Source of the DNA: Alphaproteobacteria bacterium
GTDB taxonomy: Bacteria; Pseudomonadota; Alphaproteobacteria; MPNO01
Direction of reading: 5' to 3'
DNA length: 64,000 nucleotides
NCBI GenBank assembly: GCA_965248835.1
Contig: CBDFLJ010000002.1
Span: 1,120,001 to 1,184,000, forward strand
Position 1 is the stretch's first letter, and each line of letters begins with the position of its first letter. Shown here in pieces: positions 9,362-19,205 of this stretch. Position numbers and translations under genes: made by a program. The notes beneath the pieces are model-generated. The model was given only the letters and a program-made list of their open reading frames with translations, made no database searches and was not told where the DNA came from.

Positions 9362-10354
9362 TTATTCGAAGAGATCGAGCATGCTGCCCAATCCCCGCCT
9401 TCGCGCTTCGTCCAGGGCGTGGCAAGCGAGCGCGAGGTCGCAGATCGCCATGCCCTGAATGATGGCGAATATGCGCTGATCCTCGTCGCTGCGCCCGGGG
9501 ATCGTCCCGGCGACGATCTGGCCGATATGCCCGTCGAGGCGGGACTGCAACCGCTCGCGTGATGCGCGCCCATCGGCGAGCCATGCGGCGATGTCGCCCA
9601 GCACGCATGCATATTCGAAGTCGTCGACGATGAAGCGGTCGATCTCCTCGAGAACGGGAAAGGCGACCTCCTCCGTCTCGCCCATCGAGCACAGGAAGGC
9701 ACCCGGGGCCAGCATGCCGGGCATGATCACCGGCTCGGCCGCCAGGGTGAGGGTGACCACGATGTCGGCGCCGTCCAGCGCCTCATCGGCCCGTTGCTCC
9801 GCGCGAAACCGCGGGCCTTCCTGGGCGTAGCGTTCGCAGAACGCCGCCGCGCTGGAATGCCGTCTTGCAACCACGCGGACCTCGTCGAGATCGAACGTTC
9901 GGGTGATCGCCGGGAAGAGCTCGCGCGCGATCGCACCGGCGCCGATCACCGCAAGAACTCTCGAGCTGGGTCGCGCGAGATGTTTGGCGGCGACCACGCC
10001 GGTCAGCGCGGTGCGGAAGCGATGGAGCCAGGTCTCGTTCAAAAGCCCGATCGGCGCTCCGGTCGAGTCGTCGAAAACACACAACATGTGGTGGGAGCGG
10101 TACCCTTGGTCCCGCGCCACGTCGCTGATCATGCGGATCCCGGTGACGTTCTCGGAGATCAGCGTCGCGCCCTTGGACTTGTAGCGCGCCGCGCCGTCCA
10201 GCCCGGAGCCGCCGAACAGCGCCGCCGGCTCGGACAGACGGAAGATGTCTCTGGTGCCCAGATCGCGGAACGTGCGCTCGATGATCTCGAGCCCGGTTGC
10301 GACATCGAGCACGGCCCTGAGGTCGGCCTCCTTCAAGACGCGCAGTCCCGGCAA
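9362..10354 (-). CDS. Ornithine cyclodeaminase/mu-crystallin (imine reductase) family protein
   Basis: Only the C-terminal ~330 aa of the 954-aa ORF looks coding: RTALTG, IGAGAIA, GMAICDLA; probable TTG start at 10354 (uncertain). Confidence 0.8.
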   Translation of the reverse strand: MPGLRVLKEADLRAVLDVATGLEIIERTFRDLGTRDIFRLSEPAALFGGSGLDGAARYKSKGATLISENVTGIRMISDVARDQGYRSHHMLCVFDDSTGAPIGLLNETWLHRFRTALTGVVAAKHLARPSSRVLAVIGAGAIARELFPAITRTFDLDEVRVVARRHSSAAAFCERYAQEGPRFRAEQRADEALDGADIVVTLTLAAEPVIMPGMLAPGAFLCSMGETEEVAFPVLEEIDRFIVDDFEYACVLGDIAAWLADGRASRERLQSRLDGHIGQIVAGTIPGRSDEDQRIFAIIQGMAICDLALACHALDEARRRGLGSMLDLFE

Positions 10355-10459
10355 CGCAAGGATCCCTTGTTCACGCGCCCGGGTGGACGCCGATGGTCCG
10401 AACCGCGAGTATACCGGACGTGCGGGCAGGGGAGGGGCGTTCTGAACGGGACTCGCGGT

Positions 10460-12325
10460 ATGGCCGAAGCGTTCCGGGGCGAGTGGAAATCGCTCGGCTT
10501 CGTCATCGGCCTCGGGACGACCTGCTATTACCTCTATGTCGCGACCCTGGGCACGTTCAGCCCGGCGCTCGACCGCAGCCTGTTCATCTATGTCGGCGTG
10601 GCGATTGCGATCTGCGTGCATCCGTTGGCGAAGACGGTCCCGGCCCGCCTGTTCGATGCCGTCTTCCTGGCCGCGGCGAGCTACGCGACCTTCCGGTTCA
10701 ACGACCGCTACCTCTACTTCGCCGAGAACGAGGGCTTCGATATCGGCGACTTCGACATGGCGGTCGGTTGGATCATGATTCTGGGCGTGATCGAGGCCGG
10801 CCGGCGGGCGCTCGGCATCGCCATGGCGCTGATCTCGGCGGCGTTCCTGCTGTTTCTTTACTTCGGCGCCTCGGTGCCTTGGCCGTTCGTCCATAGCGGG
10901 TTCAACCTGCGCCAGATCGCCACCGCGCTCTATGCCCAGACCGACGGTCTTTACGGCTCGATCACCTACGTGCTGGCCTCCAACCTTTTCCTGTTCCTGG
11001 TCTTCGGCGTGTTTCTGATCCGCTCGGGCGCCTCGGACTTTTTCACCAACATCTGCCTGTCCTTCCTCGGCACACGGCCGGGCGGCGGGGCCAAGGCGGC
11101 GGTGGGCTCGTCCTTCATCACCGCCTCGATCTCCGGTTCGGCCTCGGCCAATGTCGCGATCACCGGCAACATCACCATCCCGATGATGATCAAGACCGGC
11201 TACCGGCCGGCGGTGGCGGGCGGGATCGAGGCGGCCGCATCGACCGGCGGGACGGTCATGCCGCCCGTGATGGGCGCCTCGGCCTTCATCATGGTCGCGC
11301 TGACCGGCTTCTCCTACGGTACGATCGTGATCGCGGCGACGATCCCGGCGCTGCTCTATTTCCTCAATGTCTACATGCAGGTCCACTTCTATGCCCGGCG
11401 CAACGACCTGACCGGGCTGCCGGCCGAGGAATGTCCGTCCTTCCGCGAGACCCTGCGGGCAGGCTGGGTCTATCTGGTGCCGATCCTGGTGGTGATCGTG
11501 CTGATCTACCTCGACTATTCGCTGCGGCGGATCGGCATGCTGGCGATCCTCAGCGTGATTGCCGCAAGCTGGCTCACGCGGCGCCCGATGGGCCCGCGGG
11601 AGATCGTCGAGACGCTCGCCGAGGGCACGAAGGCCTCGCTTCCGATCATCGCGATCGCCGGGCCGGTCTCGATCATCGCCGGCGCGGTCCTGCTGCCCGG
11701 CACCGGTATCCGGGTGACCGGGCTGATCATCGACCTTGCCGAAAGCAATCTCGCCTTCACCGTGATGTTCATCTTCGTGATCGGCTACATCCTCGGGATG
11801 GGGCTGTCGGTGATCCCGGCCTACGTGATCCTGGCGACCCTTGCCGCGCCCGCCTTGATCCAGCTCGGAATCCCGGTGATGGCCGCCCATTTGCTGGTGC
11901 TGTGGTGGGGCCAGGCCTCCAACGTCACCCCGCCGGTCGCGCTCGCCGCCTATATGGCCGCCGGGATCTCCAAGGAGCGGCTGTGGCCGGTCTGCAACGT
12001 CGCCATGGTCAAGGCGATGGCGATTTTCTACCTGCCGGTCCTGTTCGTCTATCAACCCGGCCTGCTGCTGCAGGGCAGCCCGCTGGACATCGGCCTGACG
12101 ATCGTCTCGCTCGCCCTTGGCGGGCTCGCGATCTCGGCCGGCGTGGAGGGCTTCTTCCACACGCGCCTGTCGCTTGCGGCGCGGCTTGTCGCGGTCCTCA
12201 TCGGCGTCGGTCTGGTGCTGACCCATGGCACCCAGGCGCTGATCCCGGTGGCCTGCTTCGCCGTCTTCTGGGTCTGGCAGATCCGGCAGGGCAAAGCGCT
12301 CCGGGCGCCGGCGGCACGCTCCTGA
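10460..12325 (+). CDS. TAXI-TRAP transporter fused permease subunit
   Basis: GGGAKAAV, SGSASANV, EAAASTGGTVMPPVMG, NVTPPVALAAY; many TM helices. Confidence 0.92.
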   Translation: MAEAFRGEWKSLGFVIGLGTTCYYLYVATLGTFSPALDRSLFIYVGVAIAICVHPLAKTVPARLFDAVFLAAASYATFRFNDRYLYFAENEGFDIGDFDMAVGWIMILGVIEAGRRALGIAMALISAAFLLFLYFGASVPWPFVHSGFNLRQIATALYAQTDGLYGSITYVLASNLFLFLVFGVFLIRSGASDFFTNICLSFLGTRPGGGAKAAVGSSFITASISGSASANVAITGNITIPMMIKTGYRPAVAGGIEAAASTGGTVMPPVMGASAFIMVALTGFSYGTIVIAATIPALLYFLNVYMQVHFYARRNDLTGLPAEECPSFRETLRAGWVYLVPILVVIVLIYLDYSLRRIGMLAILSVIAASWLTRRPMGPREIVETLAEGTKASLPIIAIAGPVSIIAGAVLLPGTGIRVTGLIIDLAESNLAFTVMFIFVIGYILGMGLSVIPAYVILATLAAPALIQLGIPVMAAHLLVLWWGQASNVTPPVALAAYMAAGISKERLWPVCNVAMVKAMAIFYLPVLFVYQPGLLLQGSPLDIGLTIVSLALGGLAISAGVEGFFHTRLSLAARLVAVLIGVGLVLTHGTQALIPVACFAVFWVWQIRQGKALRAPAARS

Positions 12326-12393
12326 GCCCGGCTATCATCCGGTGAGGATCCGGTGGTAGTGTTGTGGGCCAAGATTCAACAGGGGAGCCTGGA

Positions 12394-13356
12394 ATGAAAA
12401 GAATCCTTGCAACCACGCTTGCCTCCGGGGCGGTGCTCGCGCTGGCCCAGGGCGCGGCGGCACAAAGCCTGGTGATCGGGACCAGCTCGCCCGGCGGCAG
12501 CTACTTCCTGATGGGCGGCGGGCTTTCGACCGCGGTCACCAGGGACCTCGACGGCATCATCCTGTCGACCCGCACGACCGCCGGATCGACCACCAATATG
12601 CGCATGCTGAGCCGCCAGGGCGGTGGGCTCGACCTCGGGCTGGCGAACCTCGGCGCGGTCTACAACGCGGTCACCGCGACCGGCAAGTTCAAGGACAAAA
12701 AGCCGGCCACCAACGTGCGGGCGCTGATGGCGCTGACGATCTCGCCGATCCATTGGGTCAGCCTGGCCAAGGACAACATCAAGTCGTTCGCCGACCTCAA
12801 GGGCAGGCGCGTCTCGCTGGCCAAGGCGGGCAGCGGCACTGCGGCGAACGCCGATCTGATCCTGCGGACCGTCGGCATGCGCGATCAGATCAAGGCCCAG
12901 TTCCTCGGCTTCAGCGAGGCGGGCAACGCGCTGCGCGACGGCAACATCGATGCTTTCGCCGTCGCCTCGGCGGTCCCGGTGCCGGTGGTCATGGCCATGG
13001 CGGCCACGCGCAAGATCCGCCTGATCCCGCTGAGCCCGACGGAGCTGAACAACGTCCTGGGCAAGAACCCGGCCTTCGCACCGGTGGTCATCAAGGCATC
13101 GGAATATGGCGGCGGCGTGGTTGGCGATGCCCAGTCCTACGGCGTGCCGAGCACCATCATGGCCCAGGACAGCGTGCCCGACGAGACGATCTATCGCATC
13201 GTCAAATACGTGTTCACCGAAAAGACCATGAAATACATGACGACGGTCTACAAGTCCTGGAACCCCAAGCCCGGGACCGATGCCTTCAAGAATGCCGGCA
13301 TCAAGCATCATCCGGGCGCCGTTAAGGCCTACAAGGAGCTCGGCCTGCTGAAATAG
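12394..13356 (+). CDS. TAXI family TRAP solute-binding protein
   Basis: Signal peptide, IGTSSPGGSYF, DLKGRRVS, GSGT, HPGAVKAYKE. Confidence 0.92.
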   Translation: MKRILATTLASGAVLALAQGAAAQSLVIGTSSPGGSYFLMGGGLSTAVTRDLDGIILSTRTTAGSTTNMRMLSRQGGGLDLGLANLGAVYNAVTATGKFKDKKPATNVRALMALTISPIHWVSLAKDNIKSFADLKGRRVSLAKAGSGTAANADLILRTVGMRDQIKAQFLGFSEAGNALRDGNIDAFAVASAVPVPVVMAMAATRKIRLIPLSPTELNNVLGKNPAFAPVVIKASEYGGGVVGDAQSYGVPSTIMAQDSVPDETIYRIVKYVFTEKTMKYMTTVYKSWNPKPGTDAFKNAGIKHHPGAVKAYKELGLLK

Positions 13357-13581
13357 CGCTTGGACGCCTGCAACAACGGGCCACTGCGGGGCGATTTGCG
13401 CGGGATTTAGCTGCCGGGGCGAAATCTTGGTCCGGCTGGCGTTACTGACGCGCCTGTTTGACCGGCATTTCTGTCTGGCGGAGCGTTTTTCGTTGTCCGG
13501 ACAGCCCCATGCCATGGCCGCCGCTCGCCGCGCGTGCTTCACCGCCCCGGGGGGGAGACCTCAACCAGGGAGCTGCGACAC

Positions 13582-14433
13582 ATGGCGTTGCCGCAACATC
13601 GCATCGGGACGACGCCGTCGGGCGACGTCGAAATCTTCTACCGCGCTTTCGGCACCAGCGGCGCGACGCCTATCCTGATCATCCACGGCCTGTCTTATTT
13701 CTCCTACGATTGGATCGCCGTCGCGGACCGCCTGGCGGCTGATCGCGAGGTCGCCGCTATGGACATGCGCGGCTTTGGGGACTCGACCTGGAGCACGGAC
13801 AAGAACTACGCGGTCGGTGATTTCGCCCAGGATTGCCTGAACCTGATGGATCACCTGGGTTGGCGGAAGGCAGTGCTGATGGGCCATTCCATGGGCGGAC
13901 GCAACGCGACCTGGTGCGCAGCGGAAAATTCCGATCGCCTCGCGGCGCTGGTGCTGGTCGACTATACGCCGCAGAACGCGCCGACCGGCTCCAATCGCGT
14001 CGCCACCACGGTCGCCGGCGTGCCCGATCATTTTGCATCGATCGCCCAGGGAATGGCCTATTTCGGCGCCGATGCGAGCGACCCGGTTGCCCGGGCACGT
14101 TACGAGGCCTACCTCGACAAGCGTGACGGCGGCTATGTCGTCAAGCGCGACACCATACACCGCGACCGCTTCCGCAAGCTGCTGGCGGGCCAAGCACCCG
14201 GCGGCGGTCCCGACATGTGGGACGCGCTGGCGCGGGTCGGCTGCCCGATCCTCGCAGTGCGCGGTACCCGGTCGGACATGTTTGCCAAGGAGACCGTTGG
14301 ACCGATAAGATCGACCAACGAAAACATCACCCTGGTCGAGGTCGACGCCGGCCACAACGTCGGCGGCGAGAACCCCGAGGCCCTGCTGGCCGAGGTCGGC
14401 AAGTTCCTCGACTCACTGGAGCGGCTGCCATGA
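13582..14433 (+). CDS. Alpha/beta fold hydrolase
   Basis: IHG, DMRGFGDS, GHSMGG, AGHNV. Confidence 0.88.
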   Translation: MALPQHRIGTTPSGDVEIFYRAFGTSGATPILIIHGLSYFSYDWIAVADRLAADREVAAMDMRGFGDSTWSTDKNYAVGDFAQDCLNLMDHLGWRKAVLMGHSMGGRNATWCAAENSDRLAALVLVDYTPQNAPTGSNRVATTVAGVPDHFASIAQGMAYFGADASDPVARARYEAYLDKRDGGYVVKRDTIHRDRFRKLLAGQAPGGGPDMWDALARVGCPILAVRGTRSDMFAKETVGPIRSTNENITLVEVDAGHNVGGENPEALLAEVGKFLDSLERLP

Positions 14434-15056
14434 ACGAAATGACCAAGCCGATCGCCGAGGCGCGTGGCATCCGGGTCGTTCCGACCCGAGGGGTCGATCA
14501 CCTGGCGCTGGTCAGCGACGACATGCCGACGACGATGGACTTCTACACCCGCGTGCTGAAGATGCAGCTCGTCCACGTCCGCCGCGTTCCGTTCGCCGCG
14601 GACCGGGGCCAGCCTCCCCATGACAACCTGCGCCACTACTTCTTCGACATGGGCGGCGACCAGCTGCTGGCCTTCTTCGAATATCCCAAGGACGCCCCGC
14701 GAGGCGACCGCGACCATCTCGGCATGATGCAGCACCTTGCCCTCCACGTGCCGCGCGAGGAGTTCGACCCGCTCATCGCGCATATCCGTGCCTGCGGGGT
14801 CGAGGTCACCGGTCCGGTGTGGTTGGGCGGCCGGTTCTGGTCGGCCTATTTCTTCGATCCCAACGGCATCCGGCTGGAGCTTGCGACCACGCTGGCGGTC
14901 GCCGATATCGGTGTTGTCGGCTCGGCGTACCAGACGGTCGAGGAGGCTCGCGCCGAGCTCGAGACCTTGTTCGACGATGCGGCGGAGGTCGAGCGCTGGC
15001 TCGCCCGGATGCCGCTTGTCGACCAGGACGTGCCCTGCCACCCACCGCCGGCGTGA
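14430..15056 (+). CDS. VOC family (glyoxalase/dioxygenase) protein
   Basis: GVDHLAL, MQHLALH, YFFDPNGIRLEL; ATGA overlap with upstream gene. Confidence 0.88.
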   Translation: MNEMTKPIAEARGIRVVPTRGVDHLALVSDDMPTTMDFYTRVLKMQLVHVRRVPFAADRGQPPHDNLRHYFFDMGGDQLLAFFEYPKDAPRGDRDHLGMMQHLALHVPREEFDPLIAHIRACGVEVTGPVWLGGRFWSAYFFDPNGIRLELATTLAVADIGVVGSAYQTVEEARAELETLFDDAAEVERWLARMPLVDQDVPCHPPPA

Positions 15057-15155
15057 GGCGTCGCGGCATCAGACTCGTCATCGCGAGATCGCCATAGGCG
15101 GCGGCGGGGCAGGGCCGATTTCCGGTAATCTTTGGCGCAACGAAGGGGTCCTGCG

Positions 15156-16295
15156 ATGGCGGACTCGATCGGGGCCGGCCCGCCGTTCCGCGCGGAGCAT
15201 GTGGGCAGTCTGTTGCGGCCGCGTGAGCTGCTCGACGCCCGCACGGCGCGGCAGGGCGATTGGACCGTTCCGGTCAGCGGCTCCCTCGCCCTGGACGAGC
15301 TCAAACCCCTGGAGGACCGGTGTATCCGCGATGCCGTCGCGCTGCAGGAGGAGGTCGGCCTCCAGGTCGTTACCGATGGCGAGTTGCGGCGCCGGACGTG
15401 GTGGCAGAACTTCATCTCGGCGCTTGATGGTACGACCATCAAAATCGCCGAGCATGGTGCGGAATTCGGCGACCATGAAGGGCACCAGCATGTTGCGCCC
15501 ACGCCCTATACCGACGGCAAGATACGGCGGGCGGGCAGCATCACGGGCGCGGACTACACGTTCATCAAATCGCTGACCAGCCGTATGCCCAAAGTGACGA
15601 TCCCGTCCCCGCCGGTGCTGCATTTCTTCGGCGGACGCCATGCTATCAGCGAGGCGGTGTACCCTGATTTGCAGGAGTTCTGGGCCGACGTGGTCGCTGC
15701 GTATCGCGAGGAGATCGCGGAACTCGCCGGTCTTGGGTGCACGTATCTGCAGCTCGACGAGACCAACCTTGCATGTCTTTGCGATCCCAAGATCCAGGAT
15801 CAGTTCCGCGCGCGCGGCGAGGACCCGGAGCTGACCGCGCGCCAATACGGCGAAGTGATCGAGGCGGCGATCTCGGAGCGGCCCGGATCGATGGTCATCG
15901 GAATGCATCTCTGCCGGGGCAACAGCCAGGGCCGCTGGCTCGCCGAAGGCGGTTACGACTACGTCGCCGATATCATGTTCAACCAGATCTCGGTGGATAC
16001 CTATTTCATGGAGTACGACTCGCCAAGGGCCGGAGACTTCAGCCCATTGAGGCTGGTTCCACCGGATAAACTGGTCGTTCTCGGCCTGATTTCCACCAAG
16101 ACGCCGGAGCTCGAACTGTCCGAAGACGTCAAGCGCCGGATAGATGAAGCCGCGCGGTATCTCCCGCTGGAGCAGCTTGCCCTCAGCCCGCAATGCGGCT
16201 TCGCCAGCAACTATCTCGGCAACCCGGTGACGATCGACGACCAGAAGCGCAAGCTTGCCCTGGTCGTGGAGATCGCCGAGGAAGTCTGGGGCTAG
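15156..16295 (+). CDS. Cobalamin-independent methionine synthase-like protein (single-barrel Meth_synt_2 family)
   Basis: RAEHVGSLLRP, TDGELRR, LQLDE, HLCRGN, MEYD, SPQCGFAS zinc-ligand motifs. Confidence 0.88.
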   Translation: MADSIGAGPPFRAEHVGSLLRPRELLDARTARQGDWTVPVSGSLALDELKPLEDRCIRDAVALQEEVGLQVVTDGELRRRTWWQNFISALDGTTIKIAEHGAEFGDHEGHQHVAPTPYTDGKIRRAGSITGADYTFIKSLTSRMPKVTIPSPPVLHFFGGRHAISEAVYPDLQEFWADVVAAYREEIAELAGLGCTYLQLDETNLACLCDPKIQDQFRARGEDPELTARQYGEVIEAAISERPGSMVIGMHLCRGNSQGRWLAEGGYDYVADIMFNQISVDTYFMEYDSPRAGDFSPLRLVPPDKLVVLGLISTKTPELELSEDVKRRIDEAARYLPLEQLALSPQCGFASNYLGNPVTIDDQKRKLALVVEIAEEVWG

Positions 16296-16317
16296 CGGAC
16301 TACGAAGGCGGGCGCCC

Positions 16318-17379
16318 ATGTCGAAATCCGAAGACATTGTCCACGACACGTTGCTGCTGGGCAGCTTTCCCGCCGAGAGCGCCGAGGAGGTTTTCCTGAC
16401 AACCAGCGAGGCGCTGGGCGAATGCGTCAGCCGAATTCCCGACGGCGAGGTCGGCCCGCGTAATATATGGATCGGCTGGCAGGAGCACGTCCTGAGGGAT
16501 CATCCTCAATTCGAGCTGGTCCACGATGACCGGACCAGGCGCGCCGAGCATCGCAAGATGGCCGATGGATCGCTGATCCCGCCGCGCTACCGGTTGCGCG
16601 ACGGCATCGCGCGGGAGGAGATCGCTTTCTCGAGCTTGGGCCATGTCGAGGCCGCGCGCGAGTCATATGCCGTCTTCTCGATGCTCAAGAATGCCGGAAA
16701 GATCCCGGCGAGGATGCGGTTTCAGGTCTGCCTGCCGACGGCCATCGCTTTTCTGGAGCATCTTGTCCTGACCGCATCACAGCCGATGGTCGAGCCGGCT
16801 TATGAAGCGCGATTGTTCGCCGAGGTGCGCGAGATCGCTGCCTTTGTGCCGCCCGGGGAACTGGCCATTCAGTGGGACGTATCGAAGGAGATGGCGATTT
16901 GGGAAGGCGTATGGCCAATCCATTTCGAGGATGTGGAGGCGGGAATCGTCGAGCGTCTGGCGCGCCATGGCGAGGCCGTGCCGAGGACGGTCGAGCTCGG
17001 CTTTCATCTGTGCTATGGCGACTTCGGCCACAAGCATTGGAAGGAGCCGGCCGACACCGCCAATATGGTCGATGTGGCCAATGGCCTATTCGCGTCCGTT
17101 CGCCGGCCGATCGAGTGGCTGCACATGCCGGTGCCGCGCGCTCGCGAAGACGAAGCGTATTTCGCGCCTTTGGCGAACTTGCGTCTGCCTCCCGAGACGC
17201 GCTTGTATCTCGGGCTGGTGCATCACACCGGCGGTGAAGACGGCACCAGGCGGCGCATCGCCGCCGCGAAGAAGTTCGTGCCCGATTTTGGCATAGGGAC
17301 CGAATGCGGGATGGGCCGACGGCCCACCGAGACGATTGCCGAGCTGCTGCGTATCCACGTTGCCGTGGCGGGCGGTTAG
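16318..17379 (+). CDS. UROD/MetE-like fold zinc protein of unknown function
   Basis: LLGSFP, IPDGE, IQWDV, HLCYGD, GTECGMGR. Confidence 0.72.
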   Translation: MSKSEDIVHDTLLLGSFPAESAEEVFLTTSEALGECVSRIPDGEVGPRNIWIGWQEHVLRDHPQFELVHDDRTRRAEHRKMADGSLIPPRYRLRDGIAREEIAFSSLGHVEAARESYAVFSMLKNAGKIPARMRFQVCLPTAIAFLEHLVLTASQPMVEPAYEARLFAEVREIAAFVPPGELAIQWDVSKEMAIWEGVWPIHFEDVEAGIVERLARHGEAVPRTVELGFHLCYGDFGHKHWKEPADTANMVDVANGLFASVRRPIEWLHMPVPRAREDEAYFAPLANLRLPPETRLYLGLVHHTGGEDGTRRRIAAAKKFVPDFGIGTECGMGRRPTETIAELLRIHVAVAGG

Positions 17380-17525
17380 CCGTCGCCGTGCCGCCGGTTT
17401 CCGCGCGGACGATTCCATGGAAGCGATAGACCTCGAGCACTCTTGACGCTCTATCGGCGTGCCGATAACGTTTTGTGTCATTGGCAACGAATAACAAGAC
17501 AGCGATGTTGACAGGGAGGAATGTC

Positions 17526-18566
17526 GTGAATGGACTCTATACCAGAACCACATGTGCGGTGATTGTCGGCTTGACTTTGGGACTTTCGGTGGCGCCACCT
17601 GCCAACGCCGAAACCAACTTGCGCTTCAATCGATGGCTGCCGGCGTCTCATTTCCTCCAGAAAGTGGTCCTTGACGGGTGGATGGCCGATGTCGCCAAAG
17701 TCACCCAGGGCCGGATCAAGCCGCAGGTCACGGCCGCCGGTGTCGGCGGGCCCAAACGGCAATATCAGGTGGTCGCCGACGGGATTGTCGATGTGGGCTG
17801 GATCGCGCATGGCTACACGCCGGGCGAATTCCCGCTGACCGAGTTCGTCGAGCTTCCTTTCCTCGGCGAAAGCGGCGAGGCGATCTCCGTCGCCTACTGG
17901 AATACCTACAACAAGTTTCTGTTGTCGGCCAAGGAGCACCGGGCGACACATCTGGTGACCCTCCATACCCATACGCCGGGCCATGTGTACAACAAGAAAC
18001 GGGCCATTAAGACGGTCGCCGATTTCAAGGGCCTGAAAATCAGGGCGAATAATCGCACGACGACCAAGTTCCTGAAATCCGTCGGTGCGACGCCGCTGTT
18101 CATGCCGGTGACGACGATGGGCGATGGTCTGGCCAAGGGCGTGCTCGACGGAACCGTCTTCACCGATGAGGCGTTCGTCAACTTCCGGATCCAAAAACAG
18201 GTGAAATACGCGCTCAAGTTCCCTGGCGGGCTTTACAACACCAGTTTTGCAACGGTTATGAACAGAGACGCCTGGAAGAAGATCTCGGCACAGGACAGAG
18301 CGGCGATCTCCAAGATTTCCGGCGCCGCGTTCGCCCGAAAAGCGGGCCGCGAATGGGATCGTCAGGAACGCATGGGGGAAAAAACGCTCGCCGGAATCGG
18401 CGTTCAGACGATTCATCTGAAAGGCAAGTTTCTCGATCTGATGCGTGCCAGGGTGTCGGGGTTCGAGCAGGATTGGATCAAGACTGCCGACGCCCGGGGG
18501 TTTGACGGCGCGGCGATCCTTCGGCAATTCCGTAAAGAAATCGCGGACTATCAAAAGAAGATGTAG
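17526..18566 (+). CDS. dctP: TRAP transporter substrate-binding protein (DctP family)
   Basis: GTG after GGAGG; signal peptide; PGEFPLTEFVELPF, DFKGLKIR. Confidence 0.88.
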   Translation: MNGLYTRTTCAVIVGLTLGLSVAPPANAETNLRFNRWLPASHFLQKVVLDGWMADVAKVTQGRIKPQVTAAGVGGPKRQYQVVADGIVDVGWIAHGYTPGEFPLTEFVELPFLGESGEAISVAYWNTYNKFLLSAKEHRATHLVTLHTHTPGHVYNKKRAIKTVADFKGLKIRANNRTTTKFLKSVGATPLFMPVTTMGDGLAKGVLDGTVFTDEAFVNFRIQKQVKYALKFPGGLYNTSFATVMNRDAWKKISAQDRAAISKISGAAFARKAGREWDRQERMGEKTLAGIGVQTIHLKGKFLDLMRARVSGFEQDWIKTADARGFDGAAILRQFRKEIADYQKKM

Positions 18567-18653
18567 GCGCGGCCCTCTCGCCACCGGGCATCCAGGCTCG
18601 ACCCGGACAGATCCGCCACGCCATCCGGGTTGAGCCGAACCCACGATCACACC

Positions 18654-19205
18654 ATGTCAGAGACCCCCAGCCGGACGACCTCCGACCGCGCCACGGCAAC
18701 CCGGGCCGTCCGGCGGCTCGAACAAGCACTCGGTTATTTCGCCGCCTTGATCCTGTTCGTGACGATGGTGATGACCCTTGTCGACGTCTTGGGGCGGTAT
18801 TTTTTCTCCACCCCCTTGCCCGCGGGTCACGAGCTGACGGAACTGCTGGTCGGGCTGGTCGTCTATGCGGCCATTCCTCTGATCACCATCCGGAACCAGC
18901 AGATCACGATCACCCTGTTCAGCACGCGTTTGCGCGGTCTGTTCCGTTACATGCTGGACACGATTCTGCCGCTGTTCAGCGCCGTCGTCATGGGTCTTTT
19001 CGCCTGGCGGCTCGTCGTACAGGCGAGCAAGCTGGCCGAGTTCGGCTCGGCGACACTTTACCTGCAATGGTCGATTTATCCGTTCGTCTACTTCATGGGC
19101 GTCATGGCCGCGCTGTCCGCACTGATCTATCTGATCCTCGCGATCTTTCGGATAAAGCTCCACGGTGACGATGCCGATGCCGGTGCCGGTGTCTCGGCGG
19201 TATGA
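18654..19205 (+). CDS. dctQ: TRAP transporter small permease (DctQ)
   Basis: Four TM helices, DVLGRY..PL..ELTE; between dctP and dctM. Confidence 0.88.
   Translation: MSETPSRTTSDRATATRAVRRLEQALGYFAALILFVTMVMTLVDVLGRYFFSTPLPAGHELTELLVGLVVYAAIPLITIRNQQITITLFSTRLRGLFRYMLDTILPLFSAVVMGLFAWRLVVQASKLAEFGSATLYLQWSIYPFVYFMGVMAALSALIYLILAIFRIKLHGDDADAGAGVSAV

Noticed and set aside
9362-12226. 954-aa minus-strand ORF as one giant protein
   Set aside because: The N-terminal ~620 aa is the antisense shadow of the TAXI permease; only the last ~330 aa has family motifs.
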